A program made the position numbers and the translations under genes. A stretch of 64,000 bases of DNA, from NCBI GenBank assembly GCA_032718475.1, contig JAUCBJ010006616.1, positions 1 through 64,000 on the forward strand. Direction: 5' to 3'. Below, piece by piece: positions 12,301 through 25,784 of this stretch. Origin of the DNA: Nemertoderma westbladi. Its lineage: Eukaryota > Animalia > Xenacoelomorpha. Position 1 is the first letter of the stretch. Every line of letters begins with the position of its first letter. Below the pieces are notes generated by a model that ran no database searches, was not told the DNA's origin, and saw only the letters and a program-made list of their open reading frames with translations.

Positions 12301-15300
12301 CAGAACCTGTATCACATGTCCCTCTGGTAAAAAATCAAGAGGTTTTGTTAACAGAATCATTTGAACATGTGGAGGATTTTGCAGGTGAATCTATACGACA
12401 TGTTATTACTGCAAATGTACCACTTGAACTTGAAACTGGCAGTATCACTTATAAAAAATATCCTCAAATGGGAGTTAGTAATATACTTTCTCTCTCTGGG
12501 GAGTCCTTGCATGAGCTGGGAACAGAGAGTTTTGATATTACAGCAGTTGATGAAACAGTTATATCCAGTAAAGATGTTGCTGTTACAAACCATGATATTA
12601 CTCTGTGTCTTGAGAAACCACAAGAATATCATGATGATACAGCAGTCCCACTTGCTTCAGATACGTTGTTTGCAGAACAAGCTATGGGGGATGTTATTGA
12701 ATCTGAATATAGTTTACCATTATCAAATGAAATTATACAACAATGTATGAGTACTGTAACATTAATAGATGATGAAGAACTTAATGATTTATCTGATAAT
12801 AATGTTGGTGATACTGAGCAAGCACTGGATTCATGTGTAGAACTACATTCCAATGTACCTGTTATTACCAAAGATCTTGTCTTAAGCAGAGAGGAATGCT
12901 TAGCACATACGGATGATATTGCTGGAAGTTCTTGCAGACGAGGTTGTTCAATATACATTCGATTCTGAGGTCGCTCTTGAACTTGAAAGAGGAATTGTTA
13001 CTCCTGTGGATTACCCTGAAATGGGGGTGAGTAAAGAATTATGTATTTCTGATGAATCCTTACATGAGCTGGCACCAGCTGATTATGATATTATAGCAGT
13101 TAACGAAATAGCTAACACCTAGTAAAGATGTTGCTATCACACAACATGATATTGCTTTTTGTCTTGAGAAACCACAAGAACATGATGATGATACAACAGT
13201 TCCACTTGCTGCAGATATTTTGTTTGCAGAACAAGCTATGGGGGATGTTATTGAATCCGTATTTAGTTTACCATTATCAAAGGAAACTTTACAACAATGT
13301 ATGAGTACTGTGACATTAATAGATGATGACGAACTTAATGATTTATCTGATAATAATGTTGGTGATACTGAACAAGCACTGGATTCATGTGTAGAACCAC
13401 TGTCCAATGTACCTGTTATTACCAAAGATCTTGTCTTAAGCAGAGAGGAATGCTTAGCACATACGGATGATATTGCTGGAAGTTCTTGCAGACGAGGTTG
13501 TTCAATATACATTCGATTCTGAGGTCGCTCTTGAACTTGAAACAGGAATTGTTACTCCTGTGGATTATCCTGAAATGGGGGTGAGTAAAGAACTATGTAT
13601 TTCTGATGAATCCTTACATGAGCTGGCACCAGCTGAGTATGATATTATAGCAGTTAACGAAATAGCTATCACCTAGTAAAGATGTTGCTATCACACAACA
13701 TGATATTGCTTTTTGTCTTGAGAAACCCCAAGAACATGATGATGATACAACAGTTCCACTTGCTGCAGATATTTTGTTTGCAGAACAAGCTATGGGGGAT
13801 GTTATTGAATCCGTATTTAGTTTACCATTATCAAAGGAAACTTTACAACAATGTATGAGTACTGTGACATTAATAGATGATGACGAACTTAATGATTTAT
13901 CTGATAATAATGTTGGTGATACTGAACAAGCACTGGATTCATGTGTAGAACCACTGTCCAATGTACCTGTTATTACCAAAGATCTTGTCTTAAGCAGAGA
14001 GGAATGCTTAGCACATACGGATGATATTGCTGAAGTTCTTGCAGACGAGATTGTTCAATATACATTCGATTCTGAGGTCGCTCTTGAACTTGAAACAGGA
14101 ATTGTTACTCCTGTGGATTATCCTGAAATGGGGGTGAGTAAAGAACTATGTATTTCTGATGAATCCTTATATGAGCTGGCACCAGCTGAGTATGATATTA
14201 TAGCAGTTAACGAAATAGCTATCACCTAGTAAAGATGTTGCTATCACACAACATGATATTGCTTTTTGTCTTGAGAAACCCCAAGAACATGATGATGATA
14301 CAACAGTTCCACTTGCTGCAGATACATTGTTTGCAGAACAAGCTAGGGGGGATGTTATTGAATCCGTATTTAGTTTACCATTATCAAATGAAACTTTACA
14401 ACAATGTATGAGTACTGTGAGATTAATAGATGATGACGAACTTAATGATTTATCTGATAATAATGTTGGTGATACTGAACAAGCACTGGATTCATGTGTA
14501 GAACCACTGTCCAATGTACCTGTTATTACAAAAGATCTTGTCTTAAGCAGAGAGGAATGCTTAGCACATACGGATGATATTGCTGAAGTTCTTGCAGACG
14601 AGATTGTTCAATATACATTCGATTCTGAGGTAGCTCTTGAACTTGAAACAGGAATTGTTACTCCTGTGGATTATCCTGAAATGGGGGTGAGTAAAGAACT
14701 ATGTATTTCTGACGAATCCTTGTATGAGCTGGCACCAGCTGAGTATGATGTTATAGCAGTTAACGAAATAGTTATACCTAGTAAAGATGTTGCTATCACA
14801 CAACATGATATTGCTCTGTGTCTTGAGAAACCCCAAGAACATGATGATGATACAACAGTTCCACTTGCTGCAGATACATTGTTTGCAGAACAAGCTATGG
14901 GGGATGTTATTGAATCCGAATATAGTTTACCCTTATCAAATGAAACTTTACAACAGTGTATGAGTACTGTGAGATTAATAGATGATGAAGAACTTAATGA
15001 TTTATCTGATAATAATGTTGGTGATATTGAACAAGCACTTGATTCTTGTGTAGAACCACTGTCCAATGTACCTGTTATTATCAAAGATCTTGTCTTAAGC
15101 AGAGAGGAATGCTTAGCACATACGGATGATATTGCGGAAGTTCTTGCAGACGAGGTTGTTCAACATACATTTGATTCTGAGGTAGCTCTTCAACTTGAAA
15201 CAGGAATTATTACTCCTGTGGATTACCCTGAAATGGGAGTGAGTATAGAACTATGTATTTCTGATGAATCCTTACATGAGCTGACACCAGCTGAATATGA

Positions 15301-18300
15301 TGTTATAGCAGTTAACGAAATAGTTACACCTAGTAAAGATGTTGCTATCACACAACATGATATTGCTTTTTGTCTTGAGAAACCCCAACGAACATGATAA
15401 TGATACAACAGTTCCACTTGCTGCAGATACATTGTTTGCAGAACAAGCTATGGGGGATGTTATTGAATCTGAATATAGTTTACCATTATCAAATGAAATT
15501 AAACAACAATGTATGAGTACTGTAACATTAATAGATGATGAAGAACTTAATGATTTATCTGAAAATAATGTTGGTGCTATTGAACAAGCACTTGATTCTT
15601 GTGTAGCACCACTGTCCAATATACCTGTTATTAAGAAATATTTTGTATTGAGCAGAGAGGATTGGTTAGCACATATGGAGGATATTGCTGAAGTTCTTGC
15701 AGATGAGGTTCTTCAACATACATTCAATTCTGAAGTAGCCCTTGAACTTGAAACAGGCATTGTTACTCATGAGCATTTCCCTGAAATGGGAGTGAGTAAA
15801 GAACTATGTATTTCTGATGAATCCTTACATGAACTGGCTCCAACTGAATTTGATGTTATAGCGGTTGACGAAATAGTCACACCTAGTAAAGATGTTGCCA
15901 TCACACAACATGATGTTGCTCTTTGTCTTGAGAAACCATACGAACATGATGATGAAACAACTATCCCACTTGCAACAGATATTTTGTTTGCAGAACAAGC
16001 TATGGGGGATGTTATTGAATCCGAATATAGTTTACCATTATCAAATGAAACTATACAACAGTGTATGAGTACTGTGAGATTAATAGATGATGAAGAACTT
16101 AATGATTTATCTGATAATAATATTGGTGATATTGAACAAGCACTTGATTCATGTGTAGAACAACAGTCCAATGTACCTGTTATTACCAAAGATGTTGTAT
16201 TGAGCAGAGAGGAATGCTTAGCACATACGGATGATATTGCTGAAGTTCTTGCAGACGAGGTTGTTCAACATACATTTGATTCTGAGGTAGCTCTTGAACT
16301 TGAAACAGGAATTATTACTCCTGTGGATTACCCTGAAATGGGGGTGAGTAAAGAACTATGTATTTCTGATGAATCCTTACATGAGCTGGCATCAGCTGAA
16401 TATGATGTTATTGCAGTTAACGAAATAGTTACACCTAGTAAAGATGTTGCTATCACACAACATGATATTGCTCTGTGTCATGAGAAACCCCAACAACATG
16501 ATGATGATACAACAGTTCCACTTGCTGCAGATACATTGTTTGCAGAACAAGCTATGGGGGATGTTATTGAATCTGAATATAGTTTACCCTTATCAAATGA
16601 AACTTTACAACAATGTATGAGTACTGTAACATTAATAGATGATGAAGAACTTAATGATTTATCTGATAATAATGTTGGTGATATTGAACAAGCACTGGAT
16701 TCATGTATAGAACCACTGTCCAATGTACCTGTTATTACCAAAGATCTTGTCTTAAGCAGAGAGGATTGGTTAGCACATACGGATGATATTGCTGAAGTTC
16801 TTGCAGACGATGTTGTTCAACATACATTTGATTCTGAGGTAGCTCTTCAACTTGAAACAGACATTGTTACTCATGTTGATTACCCTGAAATGGGGGTGAG
16901 TAAAGAACTATGTATTTCTGACGAATCCTTACATGAACTGGTTCCACCTGAATATGATATTATAGCGGTTGATGAAATAGTTACATCTAGTAAATATGTT
17001 GCTGTCACATGCCATGATAATGTTTTAGGTTTTGTGAATGATGCTCCAATAGAAGTTGATTATTATACATTTGATATTGATCAAGCGACAGAGAAAGTAT
17101 GTGAAGATACTTTTTCGCAACTAGATAGACCTAGTGAAACTATACCGGATATTGTTGATGCAAAGATCCCAATTACTGAAGAGTGCCCTATTTCGCGGAT
17201 TCCATTAACAGAACTTCCGCAATTTGGTCCAGAATTGGATAATGTTGGCTTAGAAATGGAAATCGATTTCCATGAACCTGAAACAAAATTTATTCACAAT
17301 GAAATACAAATAAATTTACCAACATCAATTTATCATGACCAAATTTTTCTTCTTGATGTTGCTCATGTCAATGAAATGGGCATGGCAACTGTGGAGGAGA
17401 TAAAAGGTGCGGAAGTGCTAGAAAAATGTCTCCCATCTGCGCTAGATATGAAATGCATCGCATTGAATTTGGATTATGACATTGAAGATCAAATAAGTGG
17501 ACATCTGTCTCCCTTAGAAATTTTATCTGCTGACTCCCATCAAGTTTCACATATGGGAAACCATGCCGAAATTTTACCTCAACCATCTGTGTATGGTTTT
17601 TCTGAGGGTAAATCATTACCAATAGCCGATTACTTGGAGCAGATTATTGCAGATGAATGTATTAGCTGTAATGAAGATCTTTCTGGTATGAATTACACAT
17701 TTAACGTCGTATCTGAGAATGTGCTATTGGGAATTGGGGACAATATAATTGAGAAAGTTTTTGAAGAAGTATGTACAGACTTCTCACCTATTCATATGCC
17801 AATTGCAGTTGATCTTTTGCCGGATAAAGTTTCATTCGATTTGCATATTCTGGATGACATAGAAACTTGTGTTATTTCTGAGGATATATTAACTGTCCTT
17901 CCTACAGCCCTTGAGGAGTGTCTGCTTGAAGCTGGCTTTCTCCCCGAGGTTATAGCAGCAAAGACAGCAGCATCAGCTACAAAGACAGACTACATACATT
18001 TATTGTTAAAAACTCTTACTACTGTCATTTATGGTCATGGAAATATGATGGAAATTGCTGAACCTGATGAAAATACTGAAATGCTGAAAAAACAACTATC
18101 TCAAGTTGCAACAAGTGGATTATGCATAAATCAGCCCTGTAATATACAGCAGACTATTGTACCAACTGAAGGATTTCCCAATATTGTAACAGTAGATGAT
18201 GAGTGCATAGATCAAGACATTGACATAGTAAGCACCTTTCCAGATAGCTCAACCATTCCAAACAAGGAAACTGTTGAAAATATTCTCAAATGTGTAGAAT

Positions 18301-21300
18301 ATGGTCTTCCTGAGACACAGATAATTAGTGTTGATGCTTGTCGGGAACTCTCACCTATTAATGTATTGTTTGCTGCTGATCTTCCATCAGATGAAATTCC
18401 ATTCGATTTGAATATTCTGGATGACATAGAGACATGTGTTATTTCTGAGGATATTTTAATTGTCCTTCCTACGGCCCTTGAGGAGTGTCTGCTTGAAGCT
18501 GGTTTTCTCCCCGAGGTTATAGCAGCAAAGACAGCAGCATCAGCTACAAAGACAGACTACATACGTTTATTGTTAAAAATTCTTACTACTGTAATTTATG
18601 GTCTTGGAAATGTGGTAGAAGTTGCTGAATCTGATGAAAATGCTGAAATGTTAAAAAAACAACCTTCTCAAGTGGCAACAAGTGGAATATGCATACAGGT
18701 TAATCAGCCCTGTAATATACAACAAACTACTGTTCCAACTGAAGGATTTCCCAATATTGTAACAGTAGTTGATGAGGGCATAGATCAAGACATTGACATA
18801 GTAACCGCCTTTCTAGATCGCTCAACCATTCCAAACAAGGAAACTGTTGAAAATATTGTCTCATGCATAGAATATGGTCTTCCTGAGACACAGATAATTA
18901 GTGTTGATGCTTGTCGGGAACTCTCGCCTATTAATGTATTGTTTGCTGCTGATCTTCCATCAGATGAAATTCCATTCGATTTGAATATTCTGGATGACAT
19001 AGAAACATGTGTTATTTCTGAGGATATTTTAATTGTCCTTCCTACGGCTCTTGAGGAGTGTCTGCTTGAGGCTGGCTTTCTCCCCGAGGTTATAGCATCA
19101 AAGACAGCAGCATCAGCTACAAAGACAGACTACATACATTTATTGTTGAAAACTCTTACTACTGTCATTTATGGTCATGGAAATGTGATAGAAGTAGCTG
19201 AACCCGATGAGAATACTGAAATGTTGAATAAACAAACTTCGCAAGTTGCAAGAAGTGGAATATGCATAGAGGTTAATCAACCCTGTAATATACAACAAAC
19301 TACTGTTCCAACTGAAGGATTTCCCAATATTGTAACAGTAGATGATGAGAGCATAGATCAAGACATTGACATTGTTCCAGCTAGTTTTGATAGAACGTCC
19401 ATTAGTATTGATAGTACTTTGTTGGCAGGCGTTAAGATATCTTCAAATTCAATAGAAGGCATGGGCATAGAAGGAGTTGAAGAAGCACCAGTTCCAGAGG
19501 AAGTATTGTTCACAAAATTAAAAGTTGATAATGCAGATATATCACAAGACATGCTTTTAGGTGATTCTTATAAAGCGGTATCTCAAGTCACCCGTGGTTT
19601 TGCTCACCCAGGAACATTGGTTGTTGATGAATTAGAAAGCCAGGAATTTGCAAAAGCTATGAATGATTCAGTGGTTCTTGTGCAAACAGCACAACTGCCA
19701 GCTGATCAACATGCTACTGCAAATTTTACTCGAGGTTTTGGGAGAACAGAGATTATATGTGTAGAAGATAATGAACCACTTGTTTCTAATGGACCTCTTG
19801 ATATGATGCACTCTGAAACTTTAGGAATCAGCATCGAGGAGATGTCAATGCCGCAAGTAAAAGTTATTGTACCACAAGCAGAGTGCACTGGTGAAGTGAC
19901 ACACTATGAAATGGAATCTCCGGTAGAAATGTTGATTACTCTATATGACAAAGACACTGCTGCAGTTACTGAGGAACATACCATGAGTGCTGAAACCAAA
20001 GTTCTAGCTGTTGTTTCAGAGGGTATTGCCAAACATCAAGCTTTAATCTTTGAAGAGGAAACACAAGCCGATAGTCTGGCAACCATTGGAGACGAACAAG
20101 CTAGTATTTTATTCCCTCCGGCAATTATGATGCCAGGCATTGCACAAAAGGAAATTGTTTATGGGACAAGTTGCTCTAAGGTTACTGAAGAAGGGGAAAC
20201 AATTCCAGTAGTACATCAGCCAAAAGTAACTGGAAATATTAGCCATGATGGCTCTAGCTTGTTATGGGCTACTCAAATAACTCATGTGTCGGAAAGTCCC
20301 ATAGAATCAGATAATGAATCAAATTATGTTCACAATGTTTCTATATCTACAAGCATTGAGCAAACTTCTGCGTGCCATGTTAATGTAAAAGTAGTAGAGA
20401 AGTATGCCAGTTATTTTGTAAAGAAAGTTGTGAAACTAGCAATGTTGGATTTGTCTCAGATTTTAAATCAAACTGTTTATCTTGAGTATCCACGAGTTGT
20501 TGATAGTATGGTGGAATTTTCAACCACCACATGTGATGGCTTAGAGGAAGCTATCTCTGTTGTTATTCCTAAGCCAGTTGACATGCCATTAAAGTTAACT
20601 ACATCAGTGGTTGAAGGTTCAGGAATAGTTGATGAACAGGGGTGGTTGGAATCTTCAGATTTATCGCCACCTTTTGTTGAACTTGGTAGTGCCATTCATT
20701 TAGATACATTTGACATTCCTACCTCATCTCATAAACATATAACAGAAGGAACATGTGTAATAGATGAGGAGAAGTGGCCGGAGGCAAGTGTGACAAGAAC
20801 GGAAATAAGGATGGATGTTTTACGAGCTGCTTGCGAGTTCCTTCGTCCTACCGGGGTTGCTAATGTGACTGATGTACCTATGAAGGAAGGAATTGGCCGT
20901 GAGAGTAGTGATGGTGAGGTTTGGGAAAGTGCATCAGAAAATATTCATCCTGAATCCCATGAATTTGCGTTACTGCAACAACCAATGCTTGCCTCTCAAC
21001 TGGAAGAGAAGTCATCTGTTCAAGTCGATGTAGGCCCTGAAGAGTTACTTGCAAAATGCCTCCCACTTCAGCAAGAAGCTAGTATTGAATTATCTAGGAG
21101 TTATCCAACAATGCATATAGAAACTGAGGATATACCTTTGCAACTTAATATGGGAATCAGTGAGACAGAAACTATGGAATACTGTAGTGAATTTTCAACA
21201 AAATTATATCAAGCTGATACAGAAGTTGTCCAATCAGAATGCGCCTCATATCGTTGCCAGAGTGCGATGTCATTAGAGGATACCGACATAGGATATGAAA

Positions 21301-21674
21301 CTGTCGACATATCTGAACCGACTTCGGACTTCCAGACAGCTGATGACGGGTCACGACCACAGTCACGAGTCTGCATCGCTGGTAATATTCGGGAAGCCTA
21401 TATACAGGAGCGGCCTGTAAGTGTTATGCATTTGGTGTACGAATCAGAGGTTGATAGTCTTCCAGAGGAAGTTATTCCTCTTCCGGAAGAGGCAACGTAT
21501 GTGGTTAGCACCAGCATCGAGCCTCCATCTACATCCGAGTTGCCCCACTTCCGGCAACCCTGGGTCGAGGAACTTGATGTTTCGCGGTTGCTAAGCATTG
21601 CTGACGAGTTCCCCCATCAACAGAAACCACGATTGCGACCGCGGTTCATCAGCCCAGTTGTACCAGAATTTAAG
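3343..21674 (+). CDS. Giant internal exon (~18.3 kb) of a titin/connectin/Sallimus-like gene: ~10 I-set Ig domains followed by acidic repeat region
   Basis: Acceptor tatactttcAG at 3341-3342; frame open from 3345 (HESDDVYNKFPPIPFLSLK) into ORF 3390..12968. Continues through six +1 shifts to ORF 15339..21716. Donor ttt aag|GTgtgt at 21675 follows PRFISPVVPEFK, an Ig A-strand that continues in the next exon. Confidence 0.85.
3615..7035 (+). other. Cluster of ~10 tandem I-set immunoglobulin domains (the ninth degenerate)
   Basis: Repeated P-x-F starts, V-x-W-[YF]-K-[DN]-G and D-x-G-x-Y-x-[CV]-x-A motifs, e.g. VLWYKD/DYGYYVCRALN, VVWYKDG/DRGEYTVRAVS, VIWYKDG/DKGIYTC, VIWFKDG/DQGVYTARA, IEWFVNG/DAAEYMVKAVN, VTWYKD/DRGEYVVRAVS. 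Boundaries approximate. Confidence 0.9.
12300..17020 (+). repeat. Coding tandem repeat family A, 552 bp (184 aa), ~8.5 copies
   Basis: gatgttattgaatc recurs at ~12690, 13244, 13798, 14351, 14903, 15456, 16008, 16560. Unit reads FAEQAMGDVIESEYSLPLSNE...QQCMSTV...YPEMGVSKELCISDE. Confidence 0.95.
17780..19385 (+). repeat. Coding tandem repeat family B, 567-573 bp (~190 aa), ~3 copies
   Basis: tctc[ag]cctatt at ~17782, 18349, 18922. Unit reads ILDDIETCVISEDIL...ALEECLLEAGFLPEVIAAKTAASATKTDY...PTEGFPNIVTV. Confidence 0.93.
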
Positions 21675-22334
21675 GTGTGTGTTAGGTGTTGCTATAGTTG
21701 GAGTTGCACAATGTAAAGATAACCACATAGGACCAAACTAAATTAATGGCATAATGTAAAATTTAAAATTGATAATATTTAAATTTAAATTTTTGTTTTT
21801 ATTGGGGGCAATTTGCGGGGTCATGTATTGTTTATAGATATTGTATAGTTTTGTACTGTAAAGTATTAGTATTATATAAGGCAGTAGTACAATTTGTAAG
21901 TGAGTGAGTCGAAAAATGATTAAAATGACAATCGTAATGTGGAAATTTCATCGTGTTGTCTCTGTTCTGATATTACTTAGTACCGGTATCAGTGGATGAA
22001 AAGGCCATACTAAAGGGCAGTAATGGAGAATACTCAAAGTTGAATACAATCAACCGGTACCGGTACACCTATGACTTGGTTGCCCTCTGACTTTTTGATC
22101 TTAAGAATGCTCTTAATAGTAGTTTGTTCCTTTCAGGGTTAGTCACGTATGGATATAGAATAAACTTCACTTTCACTACGTAATAACACTTCATGCGTAT
22201 CTAATTAAATAATAACACACAGACAGTATCAGTGCATCACAGCAATGTGCTTCGCGAAACTGAAAGTTATTTGCATTCTGAATGAATGGTATTTACCTCT
22301 TCTATTGTTAATATGAATAGGTTTCATCGCCTTA

Positions 22335-22512
22335 GGCCGCGTTCACACTACCGAGTCAAAGTCAAAGTCAAATAAATATAGTTAGCTAGCAATAATAAAT
22401 AATAATACATTATATAGGCCTAATATAATACATATGGGGATTCTAGAAAAAATTATATTTCATGTTTTGTGATTTACATTTTGTAGTTTGACTTTGACTT
22501 TGACTCGGTAGT
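22335..22512. mobile_element. MITE-like element with 26-bp perfect inverted repeats; right end appears truncated
   Basis: actaccgagtcaaagtcaaagtcaaa (22347-22372) is the exact reverse complement of tttgactttgactttgactcggtagt (22487-22512). AT-rich interior; left end tta|ggccgcgttcacact resembles PIF/Harbinger-type termini. Confidence 0.65.
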
Positions 22513-22619
22513 ACAGTTACAATGAATGTGTGACTGTTGTCGGCATTGTCCTTGTGTCCACCTGCCTGGCCAGTATCCCATCATGGCAGCTGGTCGATGG
22601 TAGTAGTACTATCAACTAT

Positions 22620-24390
22620 AGAGATCGATCAACTTGCTTGCAGGTCGAAAAAGCCAACCAACCACCAAGGTTAAGGCTGAATCACCAGCCGGTCGCCTCA
22701 ATGGTTGGAAGGCCCACTTTGAAAAGATCCTCAATAATGACAGGGTTTGCCTGATAACTTTATAGAAGTAAAAGTGTCTGAGTCTGTACTCCCAGATATT
22801 CCCATTGGTGATATCTCCTTTGCAGAAGTGAAGGCTGCTGCAAAGAGCATTAAGACCAATCGTGCCAGTGGAGTAGATGGTGTTCCCCCTGAGGTCTTTA
22901 AAATACCTGAGTGTTTAAAGCTCATCTATCCCATCATAGTAGACATGTACCGTACAACAAGAGTCCCACAAGAAATGAAAACAAATAAGTTGGTGCCAGT
23001 TCCCAAGAAGGGCAACCTAACACTCTATGGTTCTTTTCGGGGAATCTCATTGATCTCGATTGCTGCAAAGCTATACAATAGAATTCTGTTAAATCGCATC
23101 AGGGATCCCATCGATAGACTGCTCCGTGGAAATCAGAATGGGTTGCGTAAAGGTCGTGGGACCATGGAGCCCATTTTGGCACTTAGAAGGATAATTGAAG
23201 AGTTATCAAAAAAGAAAGACAGGCATCTGGCTGTTATCTTTGTTGACTTCTTCAAGGCCTTTGATTCAGTCTCTCGCTCACGTATGTTCAGCATACTTTC
23301 ATTATATGGGATTCCTGATGAAATTATTGCAGCAATCAGATCAGTATACGATGGTTCGACAACATTTGTGTCTACTGTTGACGGTGACACAGAACCATTT
23401 GAAGTGTTATGGGGCGTCCTCCAGGGAGACACACTTGCACCATTCTTGTTCATAATTGTTGTTGACTATGTTCTACGCATGTCCTTAGATCATCATAATG
23501 ATGATGGGGTGATGATAACTCCACCTACTGGCTCCAGAAGTCGAGGAAAAGTACCTAACTGATCTAGACTTTGCTGATGACTTAGGAGTACTCTCAGAAT
23601 CACTAGAGGGAGCCCAACGGCTCCTCAGCTCATTAGAACATGCTGCTTCTAGTGTTGGTCTTTTTATTAACTCCAGAAAGACCAAAATTTTGACAGTTAA
23701 CTTTGAAAGTCCTCAGCAAGTCTCTGATCGGATGAGCATAAGCTCAAAAGATGGTATGCTTGAGCATGTGGATGACTTCTGTTACCTGGGATCATGGATC
23801 CGGAAGTCAGGTGAGGACCTTCGAATACGTAAGGGAAAGGCATGGGCAGCCTTGAATAGGCTTTCCAAGATTTGGAAGTCACCGAGAATTAATCGGAAAC
23901 TTTAGGTCCGGTTATTTAGAGCAGCAGTAGTTCCAGTACTCCTCTATGGGAGTCCATGCTGGGCTCTAACTGCCGAGGACACCAAATCTCTGGATGGCAC
24001 ATTCACAAGAATGCTACGCCGGGTTCATTGTGTCAAGTTCAATGCACACATCTCCAACCAGACACTATATAACATTGGAGGTGTCTCATTGGTTCCCCCA
24101 AGCTTGACACTAGAACAAAATCGCCTCCGCTTTGCAGGACATTGCTTTCGCCGTGAGGACCAGCCAGTGCATAATCTTGTACTTTGGCAGCCTCATGGAG
24201 TGAATAAGCATGGTGGACAGCCCATGACTTTCTTGAGACGCATCTTAAAGGACACTGGCCTTGAAGATGCGGATGATCTAGCAAATGTCATGGGTGATAG
24301 GGAGTTGTGGCGGTGCAATTTTGTCAATAAGCCGGCACAGCATTCTTAAAAATGCAGCTGCAATGCAGCATGCCGATCCTAGTAGTATAA
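22620..24390 (+). mobile_element. 5'-truncated, inactivated non-LTR retrotransposon (RTE-like LINE), reverse transcriptase remnant in an intron
   Basis: RT motifs ASGVDG, PVPKKG, FRGISL, FVDFFKAFDSV, GVLQGDTLAPFLF, then in another frame LTDLDFADD (~23570), GLFINSRKTK, DFCYLGS and C-terminal RLRFAGHCFR...MGDRELWR. Frameshifts at ~22745 and ~23548, in-frame TAG at 23903. No endonuclease domain. Clade assignment is from motif recall; ends are approximate. Confidence 0.9.
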
Positions 24391-24620
24391 CTAATGTATT
24401 TTACACTATTTGCATTGAGCTGCTGACATATATATAGCCGCTGACATATATATATATACTAAAACTGTGTTATAAATAAGATTTTCTAATTTTGTGTCCG
24501 AGAAGTACTATTTGCCATTCACCACATTCCTTAATTTAGTGTGTTTTTTTTATTCTAAAATTGTATTAAATAGCAATGGTATAGGTATAATGTAAAATTG
24601 TATATTTTTATTATCATTAG

Positions 24621-24743
24621 GTTCATGAAGGAGATATTGCATCTATTGAGATTGAATTGGATGGGCCACCTGATACCACTGTTACTTGGTTTAAAGATGG
24701 GCTCGAAATGGATATTTCGCAAAAGATAACTATTTCTATATCG
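24621..24743 (+). CDS. Small exon, N-terminal half of an I-set Ig domain (not in ORF track)
   Basis: ttatcattAG|gtt ... tcg|GTaagg; 123 nt, phase 0/0. Translates VHEGDIASIEIELDGPPDTTVTWFKDGLEMDISQKITISIS. Confidence 0.9.
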
Positions 24744-24942
24744 GTAAGGGACTTTGTATTTATATTTTAATAATGGATTGGTTTACATTTCTAATTTCAC
24801 TTTTGTGCAGTAAAGTTTAGGTATGGCTATTAGGCGTACGACACTTGTCACAATCTCCAACAAGAGCGCAACTTTACCCACATACATGGAGCATGCATTG
24901 ATGAATTTCTTCAGTCAGTGGGGTTTATTATTATTTTACCAG

Positions 24943-25069
24943 GTCGAAGAGACTATGTATACTCGGATGGAGATTAGTGACGTCAGCTCCGAGGATGAAG
25001 GAGAATACGTTTGTAAAGCTACGGCCTCTACTGGAGTGGACACATGGAGAACCGTGATAATAGTGGAAA
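24943..25069 (+). CDS. Small exon, C-terminal half of the same Ig domain
   Basis: ttttaccAG|gtc ... gaa a|GTaagt; phase 0/1. Translates VEETMYTRMEISDVSSEDEGEYVCKATASTGVDTWRTVIIVE, which contains the DxGxYxC motif. Confidence 0.9.
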
Positions 25070-25187
25070 GTAAGTTAATAAGTTTGTTGCAGTTTGGTTA
25101 GTAAACATATATTACCATTTCCAGAGATGCAAGCGTAAATTCCAGAGGTTATTGTGATAGTCTAATTATACTGTCATTAATTTTCAG

Positions 25188-25345
25188 CCTCTGAGTCTGA
25201 GATTGACAAGACAGCTTGTGAGCCAATTGCTGAGTCGGTGCAGCATCGCCGACCTCAACTTCATCTTACAGAAAAGCGGACACACAGAGTTCGATCGAGG
25301 TCTAGAAAGTCTGGTGAACATGAATCTGATAGTTCAGATCAGGAT
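25188..25345 (+). CDS. Small exon encoding a basic Arg/Ser-rich linker
   Basis: ttttcAG|cc ... gat|GTtagt; phase 1/0, matching both neighbours. Translates (T)SESEIDKTACEPIAESVQHRRPQLHLTEKRTHRVRSRSRKSGEHESDSSDQD. Confidence 0.8.
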
Positions 25346-25784
25346 GTTAGTTTAATCGATCAATTCATTATTTATTTATTATTTTATTTTATGAAGACTA
25401 CATATTTTTCGCAATTATTATAATATTCTCTCTCCCATGTCCACTTAACAATTTGCCGGAATTAATAATTGTATGTGAATGAGACAGTGTTTGTTACATA
25501 TCCCTCCAAAGAAAGTTCGATATATAATCAAAATTCAGGATAAACACAGGTTGACAAACAACTGTAGCTGTGTAACTAGGTTCGTACTTAATGCCATAAT
25601 TTTGTTGTTGATGTTTGACATTACTCCTTTGCTTTACAAACTGTCGTAGCTCACACAGTACCACGCTTATATCTTATTGGTCACCCCTTTTCCCAATTAA
25701 ATACTCGGACATTCACAAAGAACCAAACATCCATTTATTATAAATTTATTTAAAGAAATGTTAATAATGCTGATTATATTATAG

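Noticed and set aside
12913-15397. Cluster of small separate genes or programmed ribosomal frameshifting
   Set aside because: They are fragments of repeat family A separated by +1 insertions. No slippery heptamers were seen, and other copies of the unit are intact.
21675-21716. Cys-rich C-terminus VCVRCCYSWSCTM of ORF 15339..21716
   Set aside because: Read-through into the intron past the GT donor at 21675; the Ig continues at 24621. Not a CaaX motif.
22747-24349. Active or domesticated reverse transcriptase (retron/DGR-like system diversifying the repeats)
   Set aside because: Two frameshifts, an in-frame stop and 5' truncation mark a dead LINE copy. No template/variable repeat pairing.
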